From a virus (taxonomy: Duplodnaviria > Caudoviricetes): a DNA stretch of 42,997 bases. The first letter of the stretch is position 1. Every line of letters begins with the position of its first letter. Shown in pieces: positions 9,436 to 18,518 of this stretch. The translations under genes and the position numbers were made by a program. The notes under the pieces are model-generated. The model was not told where the DNA came from and did not search any database. It worked only from the letters and a program-made list of their open reading frames with translations. Location: positions 1-42,997 of the IMG/VR virus record IMGVR_UViG_3300013101_000023; one strand, written 5' to 3'.

Positions 9436-9872
9436 GGGGTAGCCTCCACGTTGCATTTAATGATTTCGTGGACCGGTTCCCAGCCCATCGGTTTTAATAT
9501 TCTCATCCAGCCATGTCGCACTGACATCCCACGGATCTCTGTGCAGTCACTCTGCCTTGCTATTTGTTTCAATTCCTCAAAGCAATCTGCGAGAAGCTCT
9601 GCTATACCGTCCCCGGATATAAAGGGAAGGAACAGCGCCCGCAGCCCACTGTCATACTCGACAACCTCCAGGGTGAAAGCCAGCTTGGGCTCCCCCGCGA
9701 ACATTGCCAGGACAACAGCCACGTCCTTAAGTTTGACCCGCTGCTTTAGGCTGGCCTCGGTGCTCTCACCGTTACTCAGCATAACAGCTGGGGCCAGTAA
9801 AGGCCATATGGTAGAGTCCCACAAATTAATTGCATCTTGCTCAGGCAACACCATCATTGTGAATTTACTCAT
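9432..9872 (-). CDS. GNAT-like virion assembly protein
   Basis: ARQSDCTEIRG..RHGWMRILKPMGW motif, located between the nozzle and ejection genes. Confidence 0.55.
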   Translation of the reverse strand: MSKFTMMVLPEQDAINLWDSTIWPLLAPAVMLSNGESTEASLKQRVKLKDVAVVLAMFAGEPKLAFTLEVVEYDSGLRALFLPFISGDGIAELLADCFEELKQIARQSDCTEIRGMSVRHGWMRILKPMGWEPVHEIIKCNVEATP

Positions 9873-10120
9873 GGTAGATCCTCGAAAGCTATTTTACGCC
9901 ATACGTCGTCTAAATACACATAATACCCCTCCGTGGCACCATCACTCAAATCTTCCCTTAAATAGTATATACGGCCCTCTCTGGGCTGCTCCGGGACCGT
10001 GTCCCGAACGATGACCCCGTTTACGCTGTTGATCCCCTGGTCGATGTACTGCATCAACCGGTTTATATAGGCTTTGTCCTCTTCTGGCCAGTGCGCTGGA
10101 GGCTGCTCAAACCAGAACAT
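9869..10120 (-). CDS. Small tail-associated protein
   Basis: PEQPREGRIYY..EGYYVY..W motif, directly downstream of the tail tube gene. Confidence 0.55.
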   Translation of the reverse strand: MFWFEQPPAHWPEEDKAYINRLMQYIDQGINSVNGVIVRDTVPEQPREGRIYYLREDLSDGATEGYYVYLDDVWRKIAFEDLP

Positions 10121-11715
10121 TATCTAAGCCCCGCGGGCACGTATTCGAGGTCCATACCACTCAATTTGAATCGGTTGGTTCCTATCGATTTTACTCTCCA
10201 GGCGAACGCCTCGCCGGAAGTCCTGAAATCCAGCTTCCTGTCATTACCCGGATCGAAGGTAAGCTCGCTACTCCAGAGGACCTCTCCTCCTACCTGGTTC
10301 TGTGAGCCAAACTGCATAGTAAACGGGTCGCCGTCTGCATGTGGGTAGGCACGCACCACGGTGTTTACCTGGCGGTGACCGTCCAGGGGGTAATCCGTGC
10401 GCTCTATCACCATGTTAAAGGCCGCTTCATCGATGTCTTCTTTCGGATCGAGCTGGAATACCTGGCCGCTTTCATTGATCCCGCCCATGGCCTCATTCAG
10501 CGCCGTGATTTGTCGAGTGCCCCAGGGCAAAACTTGCTCAGCCCAGGTGCCCGCCGCGTTGCTCCAAAACTTAGGGTTCTCTATTTCTTCGTTAATTTCT
10601 GAGGGGAGGGTGCCATAGTCGGAGGCCACCATGTTTTCTGGTAGGTCCCGTATCGACCAGCTGTCATCCACCCAGTTGTACACGTAGGCGGTGTTTGGTG
10701 TCTCGGATTCGCCCTCAGGTACGCACACCCAGACCTCTTTGAAGGTGTCGTTGCGCGCGATAAAACTGTTCACCCGCGTAGTGTCGTTGTTCCGCGCATT
10801 GAACCTACTGCGTAACCGGTTGTTCATAAGGGACTTGAGCTCGGAGCCGTTATTCACGACCACATCACCATTCACAATAAGAATGTGTGTGCCCTTAACC
10901 CCCGTCACACAGTCAGTATTTAACAATCCGACGGTGGATGATAGCTCCCTCCGGTTCCAGTAGAATTCGCTGTTAGGGTTGAAGGTTATAATGTCGATTG
11001 CGTCACGGGAATAGATCACGAAGTCGTCACGCAAGGATCGACCGTCTACGATCTCTCCCCCGTCAGATCCGAGCTGTGCTTTAACAGCCAGGGATGATCG
11101 GTCGTTTACTGTATCCCAGGTGAAAGGAATGCTCCCCTCTATCGCTGGGTGGCTGATGCGGTACCCGTTTGGGTTCTCTTCAGACCCCTGCAGGTTCAAC
11201 GCGATCAGGAAATTCTTATGTACACGCATGGTCTGGCACCGCAGGCTCTTGTCCTGCCATGTCTGGTCAGCGTCGAAGGGAAGCTCCAGAAATTGCAGCT
11301 GACCCAACTTGCCCCAGTAGTACGGGCCTAGATCCGGATGATTAATGATGGCTACCTGGCCCAGCTGGTCACCGGTCCACAGTAGCTCAGCGCCTGCTGG
11401 AAGGCTAAAGCCACCCAGGGGAGTTGCTGGATACCATCCGAGCTGAGCGTCTGCCGTGGCCAGCACTTCGTTGCGCGTTGCCTGCAGCCAGAAATCGCCC
11501 TCTCGTACTCGAAAGAACTTTAGCATTCCAGCGGGAGTCTGGCCGGGGTGCCCCTGGAAAATAACCTTGGACCCTGAAAAAGGCAAGATAGACCCGTCAC
11601 GCACCCGGAAATTATCCCCGTGAGTGATGTACTCAGGACCTAGTTCCCAGGGCGCCAGGTCAGAGTTCAGCCCCGACTGGCCCATATTGTTCAGTGTAAG
11701 TAATTTACCCGCCAT
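10120..11715 (-). CDS. Tail tubular/nozzle (stabilisation) protein
   Basis: 531 aa, beta-rich, GLNSDLAPWEL N-terminus, podovirus synteny. Confidence 0.75.
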   Translation of the reverse strand: MAGKLLTLNNMGQSGLNSDLAPWELGPEYITHGDNFRVRDGSILPFSGSKVIFQGHPGQTPAGMLKFFRVREGDFWLQATRNEVLATADAQLGWYPATPLGGFSLPAGAELLWTGDQLGQVAIINHPDLGPYYWGKLGQLQFLELPFDADQTWQDKSLRCQTMRVHKNFLIALNLQGSEENPNGYRISHPAIEGSIPFTWDTVNDRSSLAVKAQLGSDGGEIVDGRSLRDDFVIYSRDAIDIITFNPNSEFYWNRRELSSTVGLLNTDCVTGVKGTHILIVNGDVVVNNGSELKSLMNNRLRSRFNARNNDTTRVNSFIARNDTFKEVWVCVPEGESETPNTAYVYNWVDDSWSIRDLPENMVASDYGTLPSEINEEIENPKFWSNAAGTWAEQVLPWGTRQITALNEAMGGINESGQVFQLDPKEDIDEAAFNMVIERTDYPLDGHRQVNTVVRAYPHADGDPFTMQFGSQNQVGGEVLWSSELTFDPGNDRKLDFRTSGEAFAWRVKSIGTNRFKLSGMDLEYVPAGLR

Positions 11716-11716
11716 A

Positions 11717-12022
11717 TCATTTGTCCATCAATCTGCTGGGGTTCTGCTCCGCAACCAATTTGATCGCTTCACGTTGCCGTGTGACCATTGAATTATGCAG
11801 CTTATCAATGGCCGCCGTGTTATTCACATTGTGCCGGGCTGACTCCAGCATGAGGATCGGCACCCAGGCAAAGGAGCAATCAAATTTATCATGTGCTTTC
11901 CCCTGCGCGTCTGTGCCTCTGAGCTCGATGTACTGCTTGCACCGGACAATTTCACCGTCAACAATTTCCTCGCATTTAAATTCGGGCCCCATGTGACAGC
12001 GTGTCTTGACCTGAATGGTCAT
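11717..12022 (-). CDS. Cys-containing conserved phage protein
   Basis: C..C..C..GTD..G..FDCSFAWVPILMLE pattern, tail gene cluster. Confidence 0.6.
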   Translation of the reverse strand: MTIQVKTRCHMGPEFKCEEIVDGEIVRCKQYIELRGTDAQGKAHDKFDCSFAWVPILMLESARHNVNNTAAIDKLHNSMVTRQREAIKLVAEQNPSRLMDK

Positions 12023-12024
12023 GC

Positions 12025-12594
12025 CTACACCTTCTGCCCGACAACCGCCGAGAGGTACCTCGGATGCCAATCGTTTCCGGCTGCGGTGGTTACCGCATCC
12101 TCTGCCACATAGACCTGGTTTCCCGATGCTACGATCGGGGTAGGGGTAACATGCAGCATGTGAGTGTGGGTCCCGTCATAGTTGATGGGGTCCTGAGACC
12201 CTCCAGGGCCTTCTGAGTGTATATCCGGATCGATGACTCGAATCAAATAGTCGGTACCATAATGTACCGTCTCCCATCCAGCGGGAACTGCGGCCGAATA
12301 GAACAGCAACAGGGTACCTACTGGAGCCCCCAGGACCTCGCTCTGGTCATCAACTCGCACGCCCAGGGCGTCCAGTTGATCCTGGATGTTGCTAGAGATC
12401 CCGGTACAGAAGTTCAGGTCAGCTTCAGTAGCATCGATGGGGACGGCATATCCATCACCCGCCGAGCCCCTAAACTGGGCCTTCATGGTCCCTTTAAAAT
12501 TTCGTATGTGATCGTCCCCGTTGGAGACGTCATCTGTAGGCAGAGGCCACGAGGCGTCAAGCTCTGCGATGGTCGTTGCTTTTTCAACTGGCAT
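12025..12594 (-). CDS. Short tail fibre/collar-like protein
   Basis: GDDHIR N-terminal motif, PVGTLLLF..VPAGW collar motif, HTH metal motif. Confidence 0.65.
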   Translation of the reverse strand: MPVEKATTIAELDASWPLPTDDVSNGDDHIRNFKGTMKAQFRGSAGDGYAVPIDATEADLNFCTGISSNIQDQLDALGVRVDDQSEVLGAPVGTLLLFYSAAVPAGWETVHYGTDYLIRVIDPDIHSEGPGGSQDPINYDGTHTHMLHVTPTPIVASGNQVYVAEDAVTTAAGNDWHPRYLSAVVGQKV

Positions 12595-12760
12595 TAGATT
12601 TACCCTCTTTTGTACAGTCCCGGATACCTACCTGGTCCTTCGCCTGCTCCTCCCAGTCAGCATCAGCAGGACACTGCACCACCCATATCGGGCCGGTGAC
12701 TACTGCTGATCCCTGATTCTGGGAGAATATTAATTGTGAGAAAGTGTTCTGACTAAACAT
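12584..12760 (-). CDS. Small hypothetical protein (58 aa, not in ORF track)
   Basis: AGGGGG RBS, ATG 12760, MFSQNTFSQLIFSQNQGS... Fills the gap between two tail genes. Confidence 0.6.
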   Translation of the reverse strand: MFSQNTFSQLIFSQNQGSAVVTGPIWVVQCPADADWEEQAKDQVGIRDCTKEGKSNAS

Positions 12761-12769
12761 ATTACCCCC

Positions 12770-13381
12770 TTAAGCGGGTGGAGTCCACGTTGGCCACGTG
12801 ACTATGGATGTCACGTCCATCGCGTAGATTGCCCGTGCATCATTGCTCGCCTCTATTACGTCGTCCGCAATGTCCTGGGCGTCCGCAATATCATCAGTAT
12901 GATCGGCGAGTGCGTCGTCTCGATCTTTGTCCTGGTCGACCTTAGGCTTCCCGTTGGTGGCACGGTTCATCCGAGCGTTAACTTTGCGCTTATTCTTGAT
13001 CGCTGAGGTCGTCTTACCCACGTACGGGGTCGCGTTAGCCTCGTTGACAAGCTGCTCTGCATACAGCTCAGACTGGTCGTATTTTACGTCCTTGGCTGCC
13101 TGAATGTTGTTATCTATGGTCTGCTGATCCAGCGGGATTATAGACCACGTTTGGCTATACGCTACCGGCGGGATCTCTATGCAGCCCTCTGTCTGATCAA
13201 TGTATGCAGGCTTCGGGGTAGACACGATCATCTGCCACTCGTCCTCGACTACCGGAGGACCCTGATCGGTAATAATAACGATCGGATTAGCTCCATCCGC
13301 GGGCATTGATACCGAGGGGTATTGAGCTCTAAGCTCGTCGTATGATAATAGCTGGGTTGTGACTGTATTCTGATATCTCAT
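12770..13381 (-). CDS. Tail fibre assembly/chaperone-like protein
   Basis: LRAQYPSVSMP N-terminus, VTWPTWTPP C-terminus, follows the fibre genes. Confidence 0.55.
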   Translation of the reverse strand: MRYQNTVTTQLLSYDELRAQYPSVSMPADGANPIVIITDQGPPVVEDEWQMIVSTPKPAYIDQTEGCIEIPPVAYSQTWSIIPLDQQTIDNNIQAAKDVKYDQSELYAEQLVNEANATPYVGKTTSAIKNKRKVNARMNRATNGKPKVDQDKDRDDALADHTDDIADAQDIADDVIEASNDARAIYAMDVTSIVTWPTWTPPA

Positions 13382-14403
13382 TATGCGGTACCTAGTTCAA
13401 TGACTTTAAGTTTATCTTGAGAGTACAAGCCCACAAACAGATATTTACCTATCAGGGCCGCCCCGTGGGGATTGTCCATTTTCACAGTATCTTTGAGAAA
13501 AGCCGTGATGACTGGCGTGGTCGGATCGGATACATCAATTAGAGTTATGGCATCTCTCGAAGCTGATGTTACGATGACAATGTTTCCTGAAATAGCCATC
13601 CCATAACATGCGGAGAATACGTTCGAGTCAACTACGGTCCCCTCAAGGAACATGTTGGTGGGGTCGGTGACATTCACCACGAAGAAATTCCCATTGGCCG
13701 AAATGTAAGCGTACCCATCCCTCACGATGGACCACTGCACCGACACCTGTCCAGGGGCGTCCCAGAAGTCGAGGGGTACGGGGGTCGCGTGCTCGTTGAG
13801 TCGGTACGCAGAGAACCGGTACCCCGCCGCAGCCCCGCATAAAAACGCTACATTGGGGTCGGCCTCCTGGTCGACAGCTATGTGCAATGTATAGGTGAGA
13901 TTGGAGTCTGCCTTAAAGGTCTTGGCGGGGTTGTTCGGGTCTGTCATATCATACAAGATCCAGTACTTAGTGGTCGCCTTTCCTGCCTGGACCAACATAT
14001 GGCCCCCGTAAATAGCCCCGGGCGCACTCAGCCCTATGTTTGTGCTGTAATACTGGTTAGTCCTCGCCGGATTAGCCATGTCTGACGCATCCATCGTGAC
14101 CATGCGGTCCTGTGAAAGGACGAAGATGGAATTGCCCAGAACCACCTGCCCGCGAGGGTAGTTATAGTAGCTGGAAGAATCCGCATTCACTTCCACCGGC
14201 ACTAGTGGGTCTGTCACATCTACCGAGATCAGAGCGGGACCCGCCTCGCATCCTAAAAATATGTGATCATCTTTCGCGCTCAACGACCACGGGGAATCCG
14301 CTGACAAGAGGAGCTCTGCCACCTCGCCCACGATGGTCCCGTTGAGGACCACGCCACCGCCGCCAGTGTCTTTCGGCTTACTGGATAGTTTTAAGAGATC
14401 CAT
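13381..14403 (-). CDS. LVIVD-repeat beta-propeller tail protein
   Basis: Repeated LISVDVTDP, MVTMDASDMANP, ILYDMTDPNNP, VVNVTDPTN, LIDVSDPTTP. Confidence 0.75.
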   Translation of the reverse strand: MDLLKLSSKPKDTGGGGVVLNGTIVGEVAELLLSADSPWSLSAKDDHIFLGCEAGPALISVDVTDPLVPVEVNADSSSYYNYPRGQVVLGNSIFVLSQDRMVTMDASDMANPARTNQYYSTNIGLSAPGAIYGGHMLVQAGKATTKYWILYDMTDPNNPAKTFKADSNLTYTLHIAVDQEADPNVAFLCGAAAGYRFSAYRLNEHATPVPLDFWDAPGQVSVQWSIVRDGYAYISANGNFFVVNVTDPTNMFLEGTVVDSNVFSACYGMAISGNIVIVTSASRDAITLIDVSDPTTPVITAFLKDTVKMDNPHGAALIGKYLFVGLYSQDKLKVIELGTA

Positions 14404-16649
14404 TACACTGGCACCTTAATGTCGGAGGCCACCACGGTGACTGTATACACGTTATCCGCCCCGTGCACGATCAATATTCGATCCGTGCCTGCTGCAGTAA
14501 ACGTGGGCGCAGCACCTGTATCAAACTTGGTGCCTGCAGGAAAGCCTACAGTAAACGCTCCAAAGTTTTCGCAATCAACCAGCATCGCCGCTACCCTGCC
14601 CACGAGGAATCCCGCGTAGAGCAGGCTTGCGTTTCCAGTCGCAGTAAATTTGCGGTAATCTCCCAGGGAGTAATCCGCAGAAAACTGAGTGCCACCTGTC
14701 TGGGTGTTAGCCGCCAGGTAGTTCGATTGCTTAAAATACTTGCTGTTACAGTCCAGATTGCCGCCCAACACTGGCGCAGTATCCTGTACCACCGCCTGCA
14801 TGAATCCGGTTGAATCTATGCCGTCGAGGGTCTCCGCATCAATGCCCAGGGCATCAATATCTGCCTTGGTCTGGTCAGTAGTGGCCCCCGGCTCGATGCC
14901 TGTCAACTTGTCTCGCTCGACCAGGGTCAAGTGATAGTAATCCGCAGCAGCCCCACCTTGGATTCCGGTGGTGTCATTATGCGCTGGCGTGCCCACGGCC
15001 ACATCGGCTATTGTGGCAAACACGTTAGCCCCCGATGGAGCCGCTGCTCCGTTAACTGCATCATGCTGATCTGGTGTCTGTTTTAAGGCTGCTAGGGAGT
15101 CAATGGCTGCCTGTACGTTGGCCCCTAGAGCATACGTGTCAGCGTAGCTTATGTTAACTGCCTGGGTGGCGCTGCCACCCCCCGATCCGCTAGAAGTCGA
15201 GCTGTTTGTGGGGTATACCCCGGCAACAATGCTGTCCCAGGTTGTAGCACCCTTAAACACTACCAGCTGAGCCAGCACAAGCATGCTTTCAGTTTCCGCT
15301 GGGAATAGGTGGTCGGCCTTGTCTGCAAAAAGATTAGTTACTGCAGCAGCATAGCTGTCGTACTCAGTCTGGCCGTATAGTAGAAAAAACTCGTTCCCCA
15401 GAGTCTGCATTAAGTAGTGGATCGTCGCCTTTCCATTGCCCAAAGTGCCTATCGTTCCCGCGCCATTCTCTTCCCAAGTCTCGTTAGGCACCTGGTTAAC
15501 CTCGGCACCCACCAGGGTGGCTCCGTTGTTGTAGGCCACCAGCTGGAAAGTGATGGGAGTATCTACCGCGCCTTGGGCGGGCAACTGCACCACGTTCTGG
15601 TTATCTAACGCATTCTCATAATTCGATCCGACGAGGAATAGTTCCCCAGCGTCCCGCCATATCGACAGATCACCGATGGTGGTGGGCCTGGTAATCAGCC
15701 CGTTGATTTTAAGATCCGCCGGAAGGAATTCAAGAAAGTCCATCAATACGTTACCGATTTGATTGCTCACAATGGGCACAAATCGCACGTTAGAAATCAC
15801 TCGATCAAAATACTCTACCAGGGCCAACCGGACATTATTCCGGCGCTGGGAGGGGCTCATGGCATTAGGATACGCCATAGGGCTGCCCGTAGAATCAATG
15901 CCTATTATGGTCTGTCCGAGGCCAGTAGCCACCGGCATTCCTGCATTCGCTAATAGGTCGAACGACTGCTCCAGCCAGCTGACCTCAGCTGTAATTTGGT
16001 TCTCTGGGTCGGAGTAGCTGTCTATGATCTCACCATTCCCGGCCGCGATCAGCACAGCAGTGGGGCCATTCCCGGTTACCAGCCCGCCCTGCTCTAGCGC
16101 CGTGATGCTCATCTCCCGATAGCTCACGTCGTCATCTAGGACAGCCAGCCCCGCATCTAGCGCGCCAATGTCTACCGCATTAGTGCTAATATCGCCTGCG
16201 TTGGTCGCGATGTCCGCTTCATTCTGCGTGACACGAGGACCCAGCCCGGATACTGTGCCTTCTAGGGTCACAATATCGGCTGCATTAATCGATATGTTGG
16301 TGATCGCTGAGTCCAGCTCATCCCGCATCGTGTTGTAAGCTATGGCGTTAAAGGTGCCACTTACGACAGAATTCCCGGATAGGGATATCGGTGAGGGATT
16401 GGTGCTGTTGTACGTCCCGTTAACGATAGTCGCATGAACGGTCGAGCGGACAATGTTGCCTGATCCGTTGAAGTTACCTTCACCGGTTTCTCTGTTCGCG
16501 CCGTCGATGACCGAGTAATACACCAGGCCCGCGACCAGGTTATCTCTGAAGCGCGCCTGTGATGGATCAATCGCACCTGTTACGGTGAGATCACCTGCCC
16601 CTGTGGTGCTGCAAAATTCCGATACCCAATCACTGATTTTATTAGCCAT
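14403..16649 (-). CDS. Tail fibre protein
   Basis: DWVSEFCSTTGAGDLT anchor motif, coiled coil, KLTGIEPGAT, DAETLDGIDS and PVLGGNLD fibre motifs. Confidence 0.8.
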   Translation of the reverse strand: MANKISDWVSEFCSTTGAGDLTVTGAIDPSQARFRDNLVAGLVYYSVIDGANRETGEGNFNGSGNIVRSTVHATIVNGTYNSTNPSPISLSGNSVVSGTFNAIAYNTMRDELDSAITNISINAADIVTLEGTVSGLGPRVTQNEADIATNAGDISTNAVDIGALDAGLAVLDDDVSYREMSITALEQGGLVTGNGPTAVLIAAGNGEIIDSYSDPENQITAEVSWLEQSFDLLANAGMPVATGLGQTIIGIDSTGSPMAYPNAMSPSQRRNNVRLALVEYFDRVISNVRFVPIVSNQIGNVLMDFLEFLPADLKINGLITRPTTIGDLSIWRDAGELFLVGSNYENALDNQNVVQLPAQGAVDTPITFQLVAYNNGATLVGAEVNQVPNETWEENGAGTIGTLGNGKATIHYLMQTLGNEFFLLYGQTEYDSYAAAVTNLFADKADHLFPAETESMLVLAQLVVFKGATTWDSIVAGVYPTNSSTSSGSGGGSATQAVNISYADTYALGANVQAAIDSLAALKQTPDQHDAVNGAAAPSGANVFATIADVAVGTPAHNDTTGIQGGAAADYYHLTLVERDKLTGIEPGATTDQTKADIDALGIDAETLDGIDSTGFMQAVVQDTAPVLGGNLDCNSKYFKQSNYLAANTQTGGTQFSADYSLGDYRKFTATGNASLLYAGFLVGRVAAMLVDCENFGAFTVGFPAGTKFDTGAAPTFTAAGTDRILIVHGADNVYTVTVVASDIKVPV

Positions 16650-16653
16650 GTTC

Positions 16654-17280
16654 CTACCCTAGTTTTATTTGTAAGGCCGCGCCGCTCCATCGGTCCACGG
16701 TATCTATATTCTCAATCCGCGCCAGTTCCTGCTCGAAGCGGGCGTCCCATATCTGGCCCGCCTGGGCATCTTTGACGAATCCTGATATCTCCACGCATAA
16801 CCCGAAAACGTACACATCCGGACTAAGATCACTCAGCCAGGTATCGGGTATCGCTGCGGATAGTTGAGGTAGGGTGGCGTAGTAAACTATCTCCACCTGG
16901 GAGTCGTCAGTAACGGGGAACAGTTGCAGCTGCCCTGCAATGATTGTATACACGGGGCCGTCAAAACCCAGGAATATATTCTGGTTCATTACCTCAGGGG
17001 ATACATACGAAGGCGTAATAGCATTTGATACCACACTTGTGTCCGGGTCCACTCTCTGGATCTGGATGTCACGCATACCCCCAAAATCTGCAGGGAGCCC
17101 GATATACTGGTCAGCTGAGCTGGTGTTCAGTGTTGCCCTTTTGGTCTGGTTACCTACTCGTATCCGACGGTTAATTCGTGCCTCAATCACCCGCAAAAAG
17201 TCGTCCATTCGATTGATGACTTCCTGATCCTTTCGGTCAGTGTAGCTGAGGGCTAGTGCTTTTACTGTCTTGTAATTCAT
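16654..17280 (-). CDS. Head-tail adaptor (tail tubular protein A-like)
   Basis: MNY..K, EARINR, LPADF, NW/TWL..PDVY motifs. Confidence 0.8.
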   Translation of the reverse strand: MNYKTVKALALSYTDRKDQEVINRMDDFLRVIEARINRRIRVGNQTKRATLNTSSADQYIGLPADFGGMRDIQIQRVDPDTSVVSNAITPSYVSPEVMNQNIFLGFDGPVYTIIAGQLQLFPVTDDSQVEIVYYATLPQLSAAIPDTWLSDLSPDVYVFGLCVEISGFVKDAQAGQIWDARFEQELARIENIDTVDRWSGAALQIKLG

Positions 17281-17452
17281 TCGTTTCTATCCCAGTTATC
17301 TTAGACTCAATCGTACTTCTTATCTTTGCGTCCATGTTGGTTCTCTTCCCCTGATTCCCTTTTCCGTTGTTGACGTAAACGTGAGAGGCAGTACATCCCT
17401 GCACCATCATCGCGGACAGCACCACTACTGCGCAGAACATACTGTCTCTCAT
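17237..17452 (-). CDS. Small lipoprotein (possible spanin component)
   Basis: Hydrophobic signal with VQGC lipobox. GGA RBS. Confidence 0.5.
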   Translation of the reverse strand: MRDSMFCAVVVLSAMMVQGCTASHVYVNNGKGNQGKRTNMDAKIRSTIESKITGIETNELQDSKSTSPQLH

Positions 17453-17460
17453 TGTCGTCC

Positions 17461-17994
17461 TTACGCTTTTAGTTGAAAATTGCGCGACAGTACGGGCACC
17501 AGTGGAGTGGTGGCGGTAAAGTCCGTTCCGTCTGGGGTAGTTGCCAACTGAAGCAACGCCGCTGTGCGGTCCAGATTAGCCGTCAATCGCTCGTTATCTT
17601 TCAATAGCAATCCGGAGCTAACTCGGCTAGATTGGCACATGATTAATTCGTCACGTGTAGTCTCGAGCCCGCGGATCATTGTCCTGATCGAGTCACTTTC
17701 GATTTCAGGCACATCATTCCACGTCGGAATTTTATGAAAACGTGGGTAGATGCTCGGGTTGTCCACCTGTGGCGTGTCCACGATCCACTGCTGCGATGCA
17801 ACTATGCGGGCCAGGTATGCCTCAAAACGAACCAAGTCGAACTCGTTTAAAAAATGCACGGACGCTGATTCGCTCATGTACGCTTCAGCAATATATCGGT
17901 TGAGCGCATTAGTCAGTGTCACGATATCAGTGTTGTATGTTCCGTCACAGATCGGACGTCCCGACTCTGGAACTGGGCAGGTTGTACCTTCCAT
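17461..17994 (-). CDS. Hypothetical helical protein with internal duplication
   Basis: GGAG RBS before ATG 17994. Two similar halves. Confidence 0.7.
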   Translation of the reverse strand: MEGTTCPVPESGRPICDGTYNTDIVTLTNALNRYIAEAYMSESASVHFLNEFDLVRFEAYLARIVASQQWIVDTPQVDNPSIYPRFHKIPTWNDVPEIESDSIRTMIRGLETTRDELIMCQSSRVSSGLLLKDNERLTANLDRTAALLQLATTPDGTDFTATTPLVPVLSRNFQLKA

Positions 17995-18016
17995 ATTTTT
18001 CTCCAATTAAGTTAAA

Positions 18017-18421
18017 TTACCAAACGCGATTGCCGTGCACCTCGGAGACTGGGGAGTGCTCACAGTCCGAGGTCGAATCCACGCAGTTAGAAAAGTATCC
18101 GACAAAATCTGTTTCGGATAAAAAATGTATATCGATCACCGCGTGGAAGTCGCTAAAATCCGGGTGAGAGGCCAGCGTAGCATTGCCCGCGGCTGACTCC
18201 CCAGAGTACACCATCCACTTTCGCCCCTGGCCTTCGACCAGGTTATCGTCTAACTGGATGCCAATCAATCGACCCGAGTTAGTGTGAAACGAAATATATT
18301 GCCCGGTATCCATTACCCAGATGCCATCGTACTGACCGTCAGATCCACCCGCGAACGGGTTCGGATCCGCGCTTACCGCGAATGACATTAATAGGGCTAA
18401 CCCCAATAATAATCTTTTCAT
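18017..18421 (-). CDS. Secreted hypothetical protein
   Basis: MKRLLLGLALLMSFAVSA signal peptide, GGAG RBS, a Cys pair. Confidence 0.7.
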   Translation of the reverse strand: MKRLLLGLALLMSFAVSADPNPFAGGSDGQYDGIWVMDTGQYISFHTNSGRLIGIQLDDNLVEGQGRKWMVYSGESAAGNATLASHPDFSDFHAVIDIHFLSETDFVGYFSNCVDSTSDCEHSPVSEVHGNRVW

Positions 18422-18518
18422 GCTTATCTCCATCATAGACGCCTCGAACGTCTCTCTTTAAATCGGCGGGCCACCGGTATTCAAGGTACCGGCTGAGTGC
18501 TTCAGCCTGCCAAAATCG

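Noticed and set aside
9388-10014. Longer antisense ORFs (also 531..1055, 18721..19155, 39776..40231 and others)
   Set aside because: They are shadows of well-supported genes on the opposite strand, with no RBS or recognisable motifs.
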